This document shows, in pieces, positions 1-9,281 of a stretch of DNA of 64,000 bases. This stretch comes from Myxococcota bacterium (GTDB lineage Bacteria > Myxococcota_A > UBA9160 > UBA6930), in the NCBI GenBank assembly GCA_965223415.1, contig OZ245002.1, positions 5,216,001 through 5,280,000 of the forward strand, in the 5' to 3' direction. The position numbers and the translations under genes are program-made. Position 1 is the stretch's first letter; each line of letters opens with the position of its first letter. The notes below the pieces were generated by a model, which searched no databases, had not been told where the DNA came from, and worked only from the letters and a program-made list of their open reading frames with translations.

Positions 1-1578
1 GACGAGGATGCGGAGATCGCCCGGGGCGCGCGTCGCGCTGGGGCCCGCGGCGCCTCCGCGCAGCAGCCCCTGGATCGCCACGCCCTGGGTGATGGCCGCC
101 GCGGGCCGGCGCGCCGCCTGAAGCTCCTGCCAGCGAGGATGGAGCTCGCCCAGCACCTCCGCGGCGACCGGGTCGGGCTCCACCGTCGTCGTACGCACCC
201 GGGCCGCCGCCGCCTCCCCGAGATCCCGCCATCGCCCCGCGGCCACACCTGCGCACAGCGCCGCACCGAGACCCGTCGCGTCCGAGACCGCGCCCACCTC
301 GACCGGCCGGCCCAGCACCGCGGCCACCGTCTCCGGCCAGAGCGCGCTCTCCACCATCCGCCCACCGAGAACGATGCGCCCCGCATCGACGGGCCGGAGC
401 TGCTCGAGGTTCGCCCGCAGGGCGAAGGCGAGCCCCTCGACGACCGAGCGCGCCAGGTGGGCGCCGGCCCGCCGCGGGTCGGCCTCCAAGAGATGGGAGA
501 GCGAGAGCTCGCCGATCGGGAACGCCATCGCGCGCCCGTCCATCACCTGGGCACCGAAGGTCGAGAGCATCCCGCCCGCACCCGGCTCCGAGACCGCGGC
601 CTCGGCGAGGAGTCGCGCCGCACCGCTCGCGTCCTCGTGAGCGCGATCCAGCAGCCGGCCGAGCCAGTCGAGGGCATCGCCGGCGGGCCCCGCGTTGCTC
701 TCCAGGACCAGCGCGCCCGGCGCCGCGTGGGCCTCGAGCCAGAGCCCCGGATGCGCGGCGGGCGCCGGATCCACCACCGCCTGCACCGGCATCGTCGTGC
801 CGCAGATCGCCGCCGCGTCCGGCGCGCCGAGCACACCGAGCCCAACCAGGCCGAGCTGGGTGTCGCCGCCACCGACGGCCACTGGCGTCCCCGCCGTCAG
901 CCCGAGCGCCTCGGCCGCATCGGCTCGCAGCCCACCGAGCCGCGTGCCGCACGGGCACACCGGCGGGAGCGCCTCCGGATCGAGGCCCAGCCGCAGCACC
1001 CAGTCCCGCGCCCACGCCCCCTCGCGCGGATCGAAGAGCAGCATGCCGCTGGCGTGGGTCGGATCCGTCGCCACCTCGCCGGTCATGCGCCAGGCGAGCC
1101 AGTCGTTCAGGCTGAAGATCCAGCGAACCCGCTCCCGCGCCTCGGGCGCGAGGGCGAGCCAGCGCGGCGTCGCCCCGATCGGTGCGGGCCAGTGGCCGGT
1201 CTCCCGCTCCAGCGCTTCGCCGTGCTCCGCCGCCAGCGCCAGGCCGGCACCGACGCCCCGCGCGTCGTTGTTCGGCGCAGCGAGCACCACCTCCCCCGCC
1301 GCGTCGAGCGCGACGCTGCCGAAGCGAAAGGACGCCGCCCCCACGCCGACGACGCACTCGGGCCCCGCCTGCGCACGGGCCAGCCCCTCCCGGATCACCT
1401 CGCCCACCCGCGCCCAGGTGCTCTCCAGGTCGAGATCGACGCCGCCGCCCTCGGCCGGACGCCCGCTCGAGGTGCGCACGCTGCGCACCACCTCGCCGGA
1501 CCCGACATCCACGAGCAGGCAGCGGACGCCGCTGCCGCCGAGATCGAGACCGAGCAACAGCTCCGGCGTGCCGTTCAA
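1..1578 (-). CDS. FGGY-family carbohydrate kinase (xylulokinase/LsrK-like), open at the left edge and probably fused to a further domain
   Basis: Absent from the ORF track because it has no stop in the window. Manual translation from TTG 1578 (GAGGAG RBS) gives MNGTPELLLGLDLGGSGVRCLLVD. C-terminal motifs GGRMVESALWPETVAAVLGRPV and EPDPVAAEVLGELHPRWQEL are present, then a linker and DLRILV at the edge. Confidence 0.85.
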   Translation of the reverse strand, partial: MNGTPELLLGLDLGGSGVRCLLVDVGSGEVVRSVRTSSGRPAEGGGVDLDLESTWARVGEVIREGLARAQAGPECVVGVGAASFRFGSVALDAAGEVVLAAPNNDARGVGAGLALAAEHGEALERETGHWPAPIGATPRWLALAPEARERVRWIFSLNDWLAWRMTGEVATDPTHASGMLLFDPREGAWARDWVLRLGLDPEALPPVCPCGTRLGGLRADAAEALGLTAGTPVAVGGGDTQLGLVGLGVLGAPDAAAICGTTMPVQAVVDPAPAAHPGLWLEAHAAPGALVLESNAGPAGDALDWLGRLLDRAHEDASGAARLLAEAAVSEPGAGGMLSTFGAQVMDGRAMAFPIGELSLSHLLEADPRRAGAHLARSVVEGLAFALRANLEQLRPVDAGRIVLGGRMVESALWPETVAAVLGRPVEVGAVSDATGLGAALCAGVAAGRWRDLGEAAAARVRTTTVEPDPVAAEVLGELHPRWQELQAARRPAAAITQGVAIQGLLRGGAAGPSATRAPGDLRILV

Positions 1579-1608
1579 CGGGTTCTCCTCGCCGCCTCCC
1601 CTCGCCCG

Positions 1609-2838
1609 TCAGGCGTCGAGCACGACGGGAAGCGCCATCGGAGAGCGGAACATGCGGCCGGTGATGTGGACGTCCTCCGCCTCCGGATCCAGCCGCAGCC
1701 CGGGCAGCTCGAAGAGGGCCTCGAGGAGCACCCGCGTCTCCATCCGCGCCAGGTGCATGCCCATGCAGGTGTGGGGACCGAAGGCGAAGGCCGCATGATG
1801 CCGGTGCGGCCGGTGGATGTCGAACCGGTCCGGGTCGGGCCAGCGGGCCTCGTCGCGGTTGGCAGCGCCGAGACACACGTGGACCGGCGTGCCCGCCGGG
1901 ATCGGCACGCCGCACACAAGGGCATCTCGCGTGGCCGTGCGCTGGATGCCCGTGAGCGGGCACTCCCAGCGCAGGCCCTCCTCGGTGGCCGCAGGGATCA
2001 GGGACGGATCGCGCTTCACCGCCTCCCACTGGGCGGGATCCGAGAGCAGGCCGAAGAGCAGGTTGCTCGACGAGCGGTAGGTGGTCTCCGCACCCGCCGG
2101 TGCGAGCAGCCGCAGGAAGGCGTAGATCTGCTCGTCGTCGAGTCGCGTGCCGTCGAGCTCGGCGGTGGCCAGCACGCTCATCAGGTCGTCTTTCGGCGCG
2201 CGCCGGCGATCCGTCAGCACGTCCGCGAACAGCTCGCGCAGCCCCTGGGAGGCGGCGACGCCGAGCGGCGGATCGAAGGCGATGCTGATCAGCTCCACCG
2301 CCAGGCGGTGGAAGGTGGCATGGGTCTCCTCGGGGAGCCCGATCATCCCGCACACCACCCGCACCGGAAACGGGAAGGTCAGCTCGCGCACCAGATCGCC
2401 GCGCCCCCGCTCCCGCAGCGGAGCGAGACAGCGCTCGACCAGCGGCCGCACCAGCTCGTCCTCCCAGCGCTTAAGCTGCCGGCGGTTGAACGCCGTCTGG
2501 AGGAGCGCGCGGTAGCGATGGTGCTCCGGCTCGTCCATCTCGAGGATCGAGTGGCCCATCACGAGCCCCATCGTGTTCGCGTAGCCCGCCGACGAGAAGG
2601 TGGCGCCGTCCCTCAAGACCTCGCTCACCGCCTCGAAGGTGAGCGGCACCGCGAGGCGCTCTGGCGCGCCGGGCCCGGCCGGAAGATTCAGGAATTCCGA
2701 CGGCGAGACCACCCACACCGGCGTCTCGCGCCGCTTCACCGCCCACTCGGGATACGGGTCGCGCACGGTGCCGGCGCCCTGGATGCGGTTGAAGCGATCG
2801 AAGGCATCGCTGGCGGCGGCGTGGTCGGCTGCATCCAT
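1609..2838 (-). CDS. Cytochrome P450
   Basis: I-helix AGAETT, ExxR (EGLR), heme motif FAFGPHTCMG. Confidence 0.96.
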   Translation of the reverse strand: MDAADHAAASDAFDRFNRIQGAGTVRDPYPEWAVKRRETPVWVVSPSEFLNLPAGPGAPERLAVPLTFEAVSEVLRDGATFSSAGYANTMGLVMGHSILEMDEPEHHRYRALLQTAFNRRQLKRWEDELVRPLVERCLAPLRERGRGDLVRELTFPFPVRVVCGMIGLPEETHATFHRLAVELISIAFDPPLGVAASQGLRELFADVLTDRRRAPKDDLMSVLATAELDGTRLDDEQIYAFLRLLAPAGAETTYRSSSNLLFGLLSDPAQWEAVKRDPSLIPAATEEGLRWECPLTGIQRTATRDALVCGVPIPAGTPVHVCLGAANRDEARWPDPDRFDIHRPHRHHAAFAFGPHTCMGMHLARMETRVLLEALFELPGLRLDPEAEDVHITGRMFRSPMALPVVLDA

Positions 2839-2856
2839 GAGGGGAGGACCTCGTCG

Positions 2857-3492
2857 TTAGTCGTCGCTGTCTCCCAGCAGACGGCGGGTGATCCGGAGCA
2901 GCTCCCGGCGGTGGGCCTCGAGCTGCTCGGGGGCGAAGGGGTCGGCGGCCAGATCGGGGACGAGGGCGGGCATTGCGCCGAGGAAGAAGAGCGTCCCGCC
3001 GGCGATGGCACTGGCCACGTGGGCCGGATCGAGGGGACGCTTGGGACTCCGCGCCCGAGGGCGCCCGGTGAGCAGTCGCTCCGCGAGGGCACGGAAGGGC
3101 TCGGTGAGCGCCACCAGCCGCGGCGCCGCGCCGGGCTCGGCGTCGACCGCGTCCCGCAGCAGCAGCCGGGCGAGCGTCGGCCGCTCCGCCAGGTAGGTGA
3201 CCCAGGCCCCCGCGGCGGCCTCGACCCGAGGCTCGAGCCCGTCGGCGCCGGCGACCGCCGCCTCGAGCCGAACCAGAAGGCCGGCCAGCGCGTCCTCCAG
3301 GACGGCGTCGTAGAGGGCGGCCTTGTCCTTGAAGTGGTAGACGATCGAGGGCCGCCGGATCCCGACCACCTCCGCGACGTCCGCGAGCCGGGTGCCCCGG
3401 AAGCCGCGCTCGGCGAACAGTCGCTCGGCGGCGAGCAGGATGGAGGCACGGGTGCGCTCGGCCTTGGGGGTCGGCTCCAGGCAGGCGGCCAT
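2857..3492 (-). CDS. TetR/AcrR family transcriptional regulator
   Basis: N-terminal HTH ILLAAERLFAERGFRGTRLADVAEVVGIRRPSIVYHFKDK. Confidence 0.95.
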   Translation of the reverse strand: MAACLEPTPKAERTRASILLAAERLFAERGFRGTRLADVAEVVGIRRPSIVYHFKDKAALYDAVLEDALAGLLVRLEAAVAGADGLEPRVEAAAGAWVTYLAERPTLARLLLRDAVDAEPGAAPRLVALTEPFRALAERLLTGRPRARSPKRPLDPAHVASAIAGGTLFFLGAMPALVPDLAADPFAPEQLEAHRRELLRITRRLLGDSDD

Positions 3493-3498
3493 GTCTAA

Positions 3499-3522
3499 TT
3501 TCTACCTTTCTGAAGGTAGAAA
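3499..3522. promoter_or_regulatory. Probable TetR operator (perfect 10-bp inverted repeat)
   Basis: TTTCTACCTT-TCTG-AAGGTAGAAA, an AT-rich palindrome 6 bp upstream of the TetR start in a very GC-rich background. Confidence 0.75.
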
Positions 3523-3805
3523 ATCAACCATCCGATCGAGCCTCCTCGGAGCGTCGAGATTCCTGGGCCTCGGGAGCACTCTCCCGCCCGCAGGGGGCCG
3601 GGGCCCGCCGCCCCGAGCCCGGGAGGCGAACGGCGGTGACCCACCGGCCCTGCGAACGCCGCGTTGCGAACGACCGATGGGGTGGCACGCACCGCGCCAC
3701 CCAGCCTGAATCGGTGCGCTCCGGCTCGCGATCGACTCGCGTTGTCCGTCCTCCCGCCGATTCGTCACCTCCGCGGAGGAGTCCGCCGCGGAATCGCCCC
3801 GGTTG

Positions 3806-3833
3806 TCAAGGCCCTCCCCGCGAGGGCCGATAG
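3806..3833 (+). promoter_or_regulatory. Putative sigma28 (FliA/SigD)-type promoter
   Basis: TCAA(G)-N16-GCCGATAG about 90 bp upstream of the EAL gene; consensus is TAAA-N15/16-GCCGATAA. Confidence 0.55.
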
Positions 3834-3925
3834 ACCGGCGGGATGGTGCCGCGAATGGAACACGGCCCGCTGCGATGGATTGCCGTCGTCCAGCGCAGGC
3901 GCGAGATGCGAACGGGCGAGAACCG

Positions 3926-6286
3926 ATGAGTCTGGGGGCCAGTGCGCTTCTGCTCGCCGTGCTCGTCTCGGCCTTCCATGCGACCGTCGTGCTGCTGGTT
4001 CGGCTCGTTCACGCGGACCGGTCGCGGCCCGCGTTCCTGGCGCGGCCCGCCGGTCGCTCGCCGATCGTGTTGTTGGTCGCGATCGCCGCGTGGATCGCGC
4101 TCTACGCTGCGGAGCTCGTGGTCCCGGGCGAGCAGCTCTCCGTGCGGCTCCACCAGGGGGTCCACGTGGCCATCGCGATGCTGCCGGTGGCGACTCTCAG
4201 CCTCGCGCTGCGCCTCTCGATCGGCACGGTGCGCCGCTCGTGGATCGCTGCGATCTGCGTGATCCCGGCGACCTCCGTGGTACTCAACCTGCTTCAGAGC
4301 CCGACCTTCTGGGTCGCCGAGGGCACTGCGCTCGTGGGCCTGCTGACGCCCGTCCTGACCGCGCACGGCCCCTGGTTCTGGGTCCATGTTTCCTACGCCT
4401 ACCTGGCCCTGGCCAGCTGTCTCGCGGTGATCGGCATGCGGTTGCGGCACCATGCCACGCGCTCCGATCGGCAGGGCCTCATCCTGCTGCTCGCCGTCGT
4501 GACACCGTGGGTAGCCAACGCGGTCTCGCTCTTCACGGGCCTGAGTCCGCACCTCGATCTCACGCCCCTGGGGTGTGCGGTGTCGGCAGCTTGCCTGATG
4601 CGGATCGCGGACAAGAGCCCGTCCCTCTCGCCGAGGCCGGCGGCGAACGCTCTCTCTCTCGACACCCTCGACGAGGGACTGCTCCTCGTCGACGGAGCCG
4701 GGAAGCTCCTCGACGCCAACGCCGCCGCTCTCCGGATGCTCGCGGAGTCGCGCTCCGCGTCCCTGGATGCGCAGCCCGCGCAGCTGGAGCCGGTGTGGTT
4801 TCCCTTGCTGGAGCGGTTGGTGCGAGGCGGTGCCGAAAAGCGACCACTCGAGCTGCCACTGCCCGAGAGCAACATGACCCTCCAGGTCGTCGGAGGCGCT
4901 GTGGAAGACGCCCTGGCCCCGGACCGCCTGCATTCCCTCCTGCTTCGCGACGTCTCGAGGCTCCGGCAGGCCCAGGCGAACCTCCGCAGCCTCCAGGGAA
5001 CCGACGCCGTGAGCGGGACTTCGAGCCGCGCGGCCTTCATGGAAGAGCTCCGCGCCGAGGTCGCTCGGTCCCGCGAACCCGGCGCGGAGCTCGGCCTCAT
5101 CGTCGTGGGCCTGGACGACCTGCGGACCATCAACGAGATCGCCGGGCCTGGCGCCGGTGACTCCCTGCTGGGGCGCACGGGGGCTGAGCTACAACGCCTC
5201 TCCCAGGAAGCCAGCGGCCCCGAGGCCAAGCCGAAGCTGGTCGCGCGGCTCGGTAGCGCGACCTTCGGCGTCGTGGTCGGCCCGGGCATCTCCGAGGTGG
5301 AGCTCCTCGACCTGGCAGGGGAACTCGTCGAAGCGGTCGCCACGGAGCTTCCGGGGCGCGACCGCAGCCTCCGTTCCACGGCACGCGCCGGCATCGCGCG
5401 CTTCCCTCTGGACGCCTCGGATGCCGCTTCGCTCGTGCGAGCCGCGGAGTTCGCGCGCCGTTCCGCACGGGAGGACGGACTCCCGGTGGCCCCCTACCAG
5501 CGGCGGCTCGACATGCGTGCCCAACGCGCCGCCACCCTGACCCGGGATCTCGTGGGCGCCGCTCACCGGGCCGAGATGCGCCTCGTCTACCAGCCTCGTC
5601 TCAATCTCGCGACGGGGCGGCCTTCTCGTGCTGAGGCGCTGCTGCGCTGGCACCACCCGGCGCTGGGCGAGGTCTCACCCGCCGAGTTCATACCCATCGC
5701 CGAGGCGTCGGGAAGCATCGCCGAGGTGGGAGCGTGGGCGCTCACCCGCGCACTGGAACAGCTTGCCACCTGGCGCGCCGAGAAGGTCCCCGTCGATGGG
5801 CTCGCAATCAATCTCGCAGCGCCCCAGCTCTCGGATCCCGGTCTGTTCGGCCTGCTGACGGACTCGCTTCGTGCACTCTCCCTCGATCCCAGCACGATCG
5901 AGCTGGAGATCACGGAGACCTCGCTGCTGCGGCTCGGCGTGGACTCCGCCACCGCCCTTCGCGATCTCCGTGCCATCGGTACGCAGGTCTTCCTGGACGA
6001 CTTCGGCACCGGCTACGCATCGCTGGGCTACCTCAACGAGATCACGCCGGATGGTGTGAAGATCGACCGCTCGTTCGTCACCGATGTCGACCGCATCACC
6101 AACCGGAGGCGGATCTGCTCTGCATTGCTCGCGCTGAGCCGCGAGCTCGGCCTTCGCAGCGTCGCCGAAGGCGTAGAGCGCAGCGAAGAGCTCGATGTCG
6201 TGAGGGGCCTGGGGTGCCACGAGGTCCAGGGCTTCCTCTACTGCGCGCCGATCTCGCCGAACGAGTTGGCCCAGTTCGTGAAGTGA
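3926..6286 (+). CDS. Membrane c-di-GMP phosphodiesterase: 7TM sensor + PAS-like + degenerate GGDEF + EAL
   Basis: Hydrophobic N-terminus with HGPWFWVHVSYAY (HisKA_7TM-like). GGDEF position reads ARLGSATF. EAL motifs AEALLRW, ELEITET, DDFGTGY, KIDRSFV, AEGVE, QGF are intact. Start set at ATG 3926. Confidence 0.9.
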   Translation: MSLGASALLLAVLVSAFHATVVLLVRLVHADRSRPAFLARPAGRSPIVLLVAIAAWIALYAAELVVPGEQLSVRLHQGVHVAIAMLPVATLSLALRLSIGTVRRSWIAAICVIPATSVVLNLLQSPTFWVAEGTALVGLLTPVLTAHGPWFWVHVSYAYLALASCLAVIGMRLRHHATRSDRQGLILLLAVVTPWVANAVSLFTGLSPHLDLTPLGCAVSAACLMRIADKSPSLSPRPAANALSLDTLDEGLLLVDGAGKLLDANAAALRMLAESRSASLDAQPAQLEPVWFPLLERLVRGGAEKRPLELPLPESNMTLQVVGGAVEDALAPDRLHSLLLRDVSRLRQAQANLRSLQGTDAVSGTSSRAAFMEELRAEVARSREPGAELGLIVVGLDDLRTINEIAGPGAGDSLLGRTGAELQRLSQEASGPEAKPKLVARLGSATFGVVVGPGISEVELLDLAGELVEAVATELPGRDRSLRSTARAGIARFPLDASDAASLVRAAEFARRSAREDGLPVAPYQRRLDMRAQRAATLTRDLVGAAHRAEMRLVYQPRLNLATGRPSRAEALLRWHHPALGEVSPAEFIPIAEASGSIAEVGAWALTRALEQLATWRAEKVPVDGLAINLAAPQLSDPGLFGLLTDSLRALSLDPSTIELEITETSLLRLGVDSATALRDLRAIGTQVFLDDFGTGYASLGYLNEITPDGVKIDRSFVTDVDRITNRRRICSALLALSRELGLRSVAEGVERSEELDVVRGLGCHEVQGFLYCAPISPNELAQFVK

Positions 6287-6463
6287 CCGAACGCGGAGCA
6301 CGCGCTCAGGGGAGGCACCGCCCTCCGCCCTGCACGTCCATCCCCGGCCGCCCCACGACGCCTGGGCTTCGGCCCGCACACGTGGGCACGCCGCATCGCC
6401 CGACGGCCCTGGTGGGCCACTCCGCGCCAGGCGATCGGGATGCCGGCGCCGTGGAACCCTCCG

Positions 6464-7660
6464 CTACAGGACCTCCAGCCCGGGAAAGGCCGCATTCTCC
6501 GGCGCCATGCAGTGGTGCACGAACACCGCCAGCCCCCCGTCCCCGGTCCAGAGCGTGTACCGGCCCTGCCCGTACCGCTCGCGAGCCCTCCGCCGCTGGC
6601 GGACGCCGTGCATGGCGAAGGACCGCGCCCGGTCGAGCCAGCGGGCTTCGCCAAAGCGGCGGGCCAGGGCGAGCAGCGCGTAGCCGTTCCCCGCGGTGCC
6701 GTGGCACAGGCCGGGGCCCTTGCGCAGCGGCCCGGCCTTCCACACCAGCTCACCCGCCCCGCGCAGCAGGTCGTCGAGAGCGTCCTCGCGCGGAGCGTCC
6801 GCCAGGGCGGCCACGATCCCGGGAACGCCGTGGCACCACTGGACGAGGCGTCGCGTGCCGTCCGGGTCGGCGCTCACCGGCCAATTCACGTCTTCGCCGT
6901 CACGGATCGCTCCGCCTAGCAAGGTTCGCGTGGCACGAGACGCAAGGGTCTGCGGGTCCGGCCCGGCCAGGAGTGCACCGGCCCTCAGCAGTGCACCGAC
7001 GTTGCCGGCGACGCCGTGGCAGGCACCGTAGTAGGAGCGCACGAAGCCGAAGACGTGGCTCGTCCAGTGCCAGGCGCCATCCGGGCGCTCCTCCCAGCTC
7101 GCGAGGAGATCGGCGGCGAGACGCGCGGCGTGCTGCCGCCACAGGGGGCTCCCGGTCTGGCGCCACAGGGTGAGGGCAGCGTGCAGGGCGCCGGTCTGGC
7201 CGCAGGTGATCTCGCGGGCGGGGTGGCCCACGAGCTGGTCCATGGCAACGGCGAGCCGGTCGGCCAGCGCGGCATCGCCGGGGAGCCCGAGAACGGCGGG
7301 GGCCAGGATGCCCACTTCCCCGACCTGGAGTCCGTGACCGAACTCGCCATCCGGCTCCTTCCGGTAGCCCTCGGCGATGGCGACGAGGGATGGGGAGAGG
7401 TCCGGCGCGTCGTAGCCCGCCGCGGCGAGAATGCGAAGGCTGCACACGGCGCCGGCCGCGCCGCCGTAGGCGTTCCAGCGCCGCTCCATGCCAGGCTGCT
7501 CGCCACCGTCCAGCAGGTGGGTCGGCCAGGTGCCGTCGCCGCGGCGGGCGTCGCGGAAGTCGGCCACGATCTCGTCGATCGCGGCCCGTGCCTGGCCGGC
7601 CGCCCACGGCTCGCCGGCAAGGGGCTGGTGCCGCCCGGGATCGTAGACGGGGCCGCTCAA
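6464..7660 (-). CDS. LanC-like (lanthionine synthetase C family) protein
   Basis: Motifs YYGACHG, VQWCHG, GPGLCHGTAGNGY. TTG start overlaps the thiolase stop (TTGA); corresponds to the C-terminal part of track ORF 6464..8611. Confidence 0.88.
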   Translation of the reverse strand: MSGPVYDPGRHQPLAGEPWAAGQARAAIDEIVADFRDARRGDGTWPTHLLDGGEQPGMERRWNAYGGAAGAVCSLRILAAAGYDAPDLSPSLVAIAEGYRKEPDGEFGHGLQVGEVGILAPAVLGLPGDAALADRLAVAMDQLVGHPAREITCGQTGALHAALTLWRQTGSPLWRQHAARLAADLLASWEERPDGAWHWTSHVFGFVRSYYGACHGVAGNVGALLRAGALLAGPDPQTLASRATRTLLGGAIRDGEDVNWPVSADPDGTRRLVQWCHGVPGIVAALADAPREDALDDLLRGAGELVWKAGPLRKGPGLCHGTAGNGYALLALARRFGEARWLDRARSFAMHGVRQRRRARERYGQGRYTLWTGDGGLAVFVHHCMAPENAAFPGLEVL

Positions 7661-8847
7661 GAGGCGGTGAGAAGCAGGCAGCCCGCGAGGGGTCCGCCGC
7701 CTGCCGCGGCCACCGCCACCTCCGGGTCGCCCGGCACCTGGCGCTCCCCTCCGTGGCCTCGCAGCTGCACGCAGGCTTCGTGGAAGAAGCCGTAGCCGTG
7801 GAGCCGGCCGGCCGAGAGCTGGCCGCCGTGGGTGTTCAGGGGCAGCTCGCCATCGCGGGCGATGCGCGTGCCGCCCTCGATGAAGGGCCCGCCCTCCCCT
7901 CGCTTGCAGAATCCCAACGCCTCGAGCCAAGCCAGGGTGATGAAGCTGAAGCCGTCGTAGAGCTCCACCACGTCCACGTCGGCCGGCGTCAGCTCCGTGT
8001 CTTCCCACAGCGCCGCGCCCGCATCCCGCAGGGCCATCGTGGTGAGGTCGTCGAACTGGTCCCAGGACGGCCGGCCTTTCAGCGCGGTGCCCACGGCCTC
8101 GACGAAGATCGGCGGGTGCCGCAGGTCTCCAGCGCGCTCGGCGCACGACACCACGAAGGCGGTAGCGCCGTCCGCCGGCACGTCGCAGTCGAACAGGCAG
8201 AGCGGCGTCGAGATCATGCGTGCGGCCAGGTAGTCGTCCAGGCTCATCGGGTCGCGGTAGATCGCGTTCGGGTTCAGGGCCGCGTTTCTGCGGGCGTTGA
8301 GCGCGATCCAGGCGAGCTGCTCGCGGGTCGTGCCGAACTCGTGGAAATGGCGCTGGGCGAACATCGCGATCCAGTTCGCCGCCGAGTAGGCGCGGAATGG
8401 GATCGTGTACTCCATCATGCCGGTCATGCGGCCGCCGCCGCCGGCTCCCCCGCCTACGCCGATCCCCGCGCGCTTTCCCTGGCCCTGGAAGGTGGCCTCC
8501 CACACCGCGCGGAAGCACAGCACGTGGTTCGCGACGCCGGCGGCCACCGCCAGACAAGCCTCGACCACCGAGCCCAGCTGGCCCGGGTGCTCCGGTCCGC
8601 CGTTGAACCAACGCAGCGGCAGGCGCAGGGCGTCGTGCACCTCGCTGATGCCGGCGCCGGAGAAGCCGCCGGGACCCATGGCGCCCGGGTAGGTCGAGAG
8701 CCCGTCGATATCGTCCCGGGTGAGACCGGCGTCCTCGATCGCCGCCACGCAGGCATCGAGGGTAAGGTCCAGGGGGTCGCGTATCAGCCGCCGGCCGATC
8801 TGGGACTGGCCGAGCCCCGTGACGGCCGCCTTGCGCCGCAGGCTCAC
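7657..8847 (-). CDS. Thiolase-fold protein (lipid-transfer/Ltp2-like)
   Basis: AAVTGLGQS, PLCLFDCDVPADG, ELYDGF, NTHGGQLSAGRLHG. GTG start overlaps the DUF35 stop. Confidence 0.9.
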   Translation of the reverse strand: MSLRRKAAVTGLGQSQIGRRLIRDPLDLTLDACVAAIEDAGLTRDDIDGLSTYPGAMGPGGFSGAGISEVHDALRLPLRWFNGGPEHPGQLGSVVEACLAVAAGVANHVLCFRAVWEATFQGQGKRAGIGVGGGAGGGGRMTGMMEYTIPFRAYSAANWIAMFAQRHFHEFGTTREQLAWIALNARRNAALNPNAIYRDPMSLDDYLAARMISTPLCLFDCDVPADGATAFVVSCAERAGDLRHPPIFVEAVGTALKGRPSWDQFDDLTTMALRDAGAALWEDTELTPADVDVVELYDGFSFITLAWLEALGFCKRGEGGPFIEGGTRIARDGELPLNTHGGQLSAGRLHGYGFFHEACVQLRGHGGERQVPGDPEVAVAAAGGGPLAGCLLLTAS

Positions 8848-9278
8848 GCCGCGGCCTTCGCGCGCAGGGCCGCGTCCGTCGGCTCGAAGAGCGGAATCCA
8901 CACGTCCTCGTGCGGCTCGAACACCACCTGCACCAGCAGGCCGATGGCGACGTCCTCGGGCGCGACGTTCACCAGGTTCGTCATCAGCCGCACGCCTTCC
9001 TGCTCCTCGATCTCGACGATGGCGATCGGATACGGATGGTCGGAGCTCGGCACCCAGGGCTGATGGTTGAAGGTGAAGGTGAGCACGGTCGCCCGCCCCG
9101 AGGCTGCCGCCACCTCCAGGTCCTTGCCGAGGCAGGCGGGGCAGCGCGGCGACGTGGGATGGATCCAGGTGCCGCAGGGCTTGCAGCGCAGGAACTGGAG
9201 CCGGCCGTGCTCGCCGCCGCGCCAGAAGTGGGCGTTGGCGTCGGTCACCTTGGGCAGAACGCGAAAGGGCTTGTCCAC
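8844..9278 (-). CDS. Zn-ribbon/OB-fold DUF35 (ChsH2-like) protein
   Basis: CKPCG...CPAC Zn ribbon, YPIAIVEIEEQEGVRLMTN; adjacent to a thiolase-fold gene. Confidence 0.92.
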   Translation of the reverse strand: MDKPFRVLPKVTDANAHFWRGGEHGRLQFLRCKPCGTWIHPTSPRCPACLGKDLEVAAASGRATVLTFTFNHQPWVPSSDHPYPIAIVEIEEQEGVRLMTNLVNVAPEDVAIGLLVQVVFEPHEDVWIPLFEPTDAALRAKAAA

Positions 9279-9281
9279 CCG

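Noticed and set aside
139..3498. 1119-aa plus-strand ORF, and similar giant ORFs such as 15356..19279, 34952..37966 and 42258..46238
   Set aside because: Arg/Pro/Gly-rich antisense or off-frame shadows of well-supported genes, expected at this GC content; no domain motifs.
6464..8611. 715-aa LanC ORF read as a LanM/LanKC-like fusion or lanthipeptide cluster
   Set aside because: The N-terminal half overlaps the thiolase gene out of frame; the real start is TTG 7660. No dehydratase, kinase or precursor peptide is visible.
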